From the NCBI GenBank assembly GCA_030141605.1, contig JAQGDQ010001515.1, positions 1 through 36,825 of the forward strand: a DNA stretch of 36,825 nt, read 5' to 3'. Positions within the stretch are counted from its first letter, which is position 1. Each line of letters begins with the position of its first letter. Below are positions 35,830 to 36,825 of this stretch, piece after piece. Below the pieces are notes generated by a model. That model was not told where the DNA came from. It made no database searches and worked only from the letters and a program-made list of their open reading frames with translations. This stretch comes from Tubiluchus corallicola (taxonomy: Eukaryota; Animalia; Priapulida). Position numbers and translations under genes: made by a program.

Positions 35830-36645
35830 GGTAAAGCAGGGGCACTTACTGGGGCACCTACTTGCGGGCAAGGCAGTGCATTGGGGCCCTACTGACGGGC
35901 ATAACAGTGCATTGAGACCACTGCTTACGAGCAAAGCACCACACTGGGGCCCTACTTACTGACAAAGCAGTGCACTGGGACACCTACTTACGGGCCCTGG
36001 GGGCCATACTTATGGGCAAAGCAGTGCACTGGGGACCCTACTTACAGGCACCGGGGGCCATACTTACGGGCACTGAGGACCCGACTTACGGGCAAAGAAG
36101 TGCACTAGGGACCCTACTTACGGGCAAAGCAGTACACTGAGGACCCTACGTACTGGCATAGCAGTGCACTTGGGACCCTACTTACGGGCATAGCAGTGCA
36201 CTGGGGCCCCTACTTACAGGCATAGCAGTGCACTGGGGACCTTACTTGCTGGCAAAGCAGTGCACTAAGGACCCTAATTATGAGCAGAGGAGTGCACTGA
36301 GGACCCTACTTGCTGGCAAAGCAGTGCACTAAGGACCCTACTTACGGGCAAAGCAGTACACTGAGGACCCTACGTACTGCCATAGCAGTGCACTTGGGAC
36401 CCTACTTACGGGCATAGCAGTGCACTGGGGACCTTACTTGCTGGCAAAGCAGTGCACTAAGGACCCTACTTATGAGCAAAGGAGTGCACTGGGGCCCCTA
36501 CTTACAGGCATAGCAGTGCACTGGGGACCTTACTTATTGGCAAAGCAGTGCCCTGGGGACCCTACTTACTGGCAAAGCAGTGCACTGGGGACCCTACTTA
36601 CTGGCAAAGCAGTACACTGAGGACCCTACTTACTGGCAAAGCACT
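35830..36645. repeat. About 32-bp GC-rich minisatellite (about 25 units)
   Basis: Unit ggcaaagcagtgcactggggaccctacttact. Confidence 0.93.
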
Positions 36646-36825
36646 GTTAAGCTACAGGGGGCTTACAGAAGCAACATGGCTAGCATGGATATAAGATGTC
36701 ACAGTGAAATAAGCCATTTCACTATTTCAGTTGATCGTGAAAAGGCCAAAGGTTAAGTGTACCAGACTTGTGTGTATTTGTGTACACTTGGCAATTTAGA
36801 TTAGATTTAATATTTTATTTCAAAC

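Noticed and set aside
36731-36751. Possible small exon (tttcag|ttgatcgtgaaaaggccaaag|gttaag)
   Set aside because: Downstream of the stop and polyA signal, weak donor, no homology evidence.

Overview
AT-rich, intron-rich eukaryotic (animal-like) DNA, not prokaryotic. Most of the window is one + strand gene encoding a divergent TTLL4-family (tubulin polyglutamylase-like, ATP-grasp) protein. I could assemble it by hand from 14 phase-compatible GT-AG exons (7175-35614, about 573 codons; the ATG exon was not found). Compared with canonical TTLL4 it appears to carry an N-terminal hydrophobic segment and four N-glycosylation sequons, has several altered active-site residues, and has no long C-terminal tail. 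Four intragenic satellites are built from the gene's own exons or splice junctions: about 54 x 90 bp in-frame exon-end plus donor units, about 27 x 46 bp acceptor-like units, 17 x 106 bp complete exon cassettes, and 5 x 95 bp units each holding a candidate 12-nt microexon. An intact, diverged paralogous exon lies antisense in an intron. The window also holds the last exon of an upstream gene (Arg/Ser-rich, ending in CaaX CNIL), several MITEs (hAT, TTAA-type, pogo-like), a solo LTR, LINE fragments, and mini/microsatellites. All comparisons to human TTLL4 or TTL are from memory and need a real alignment.
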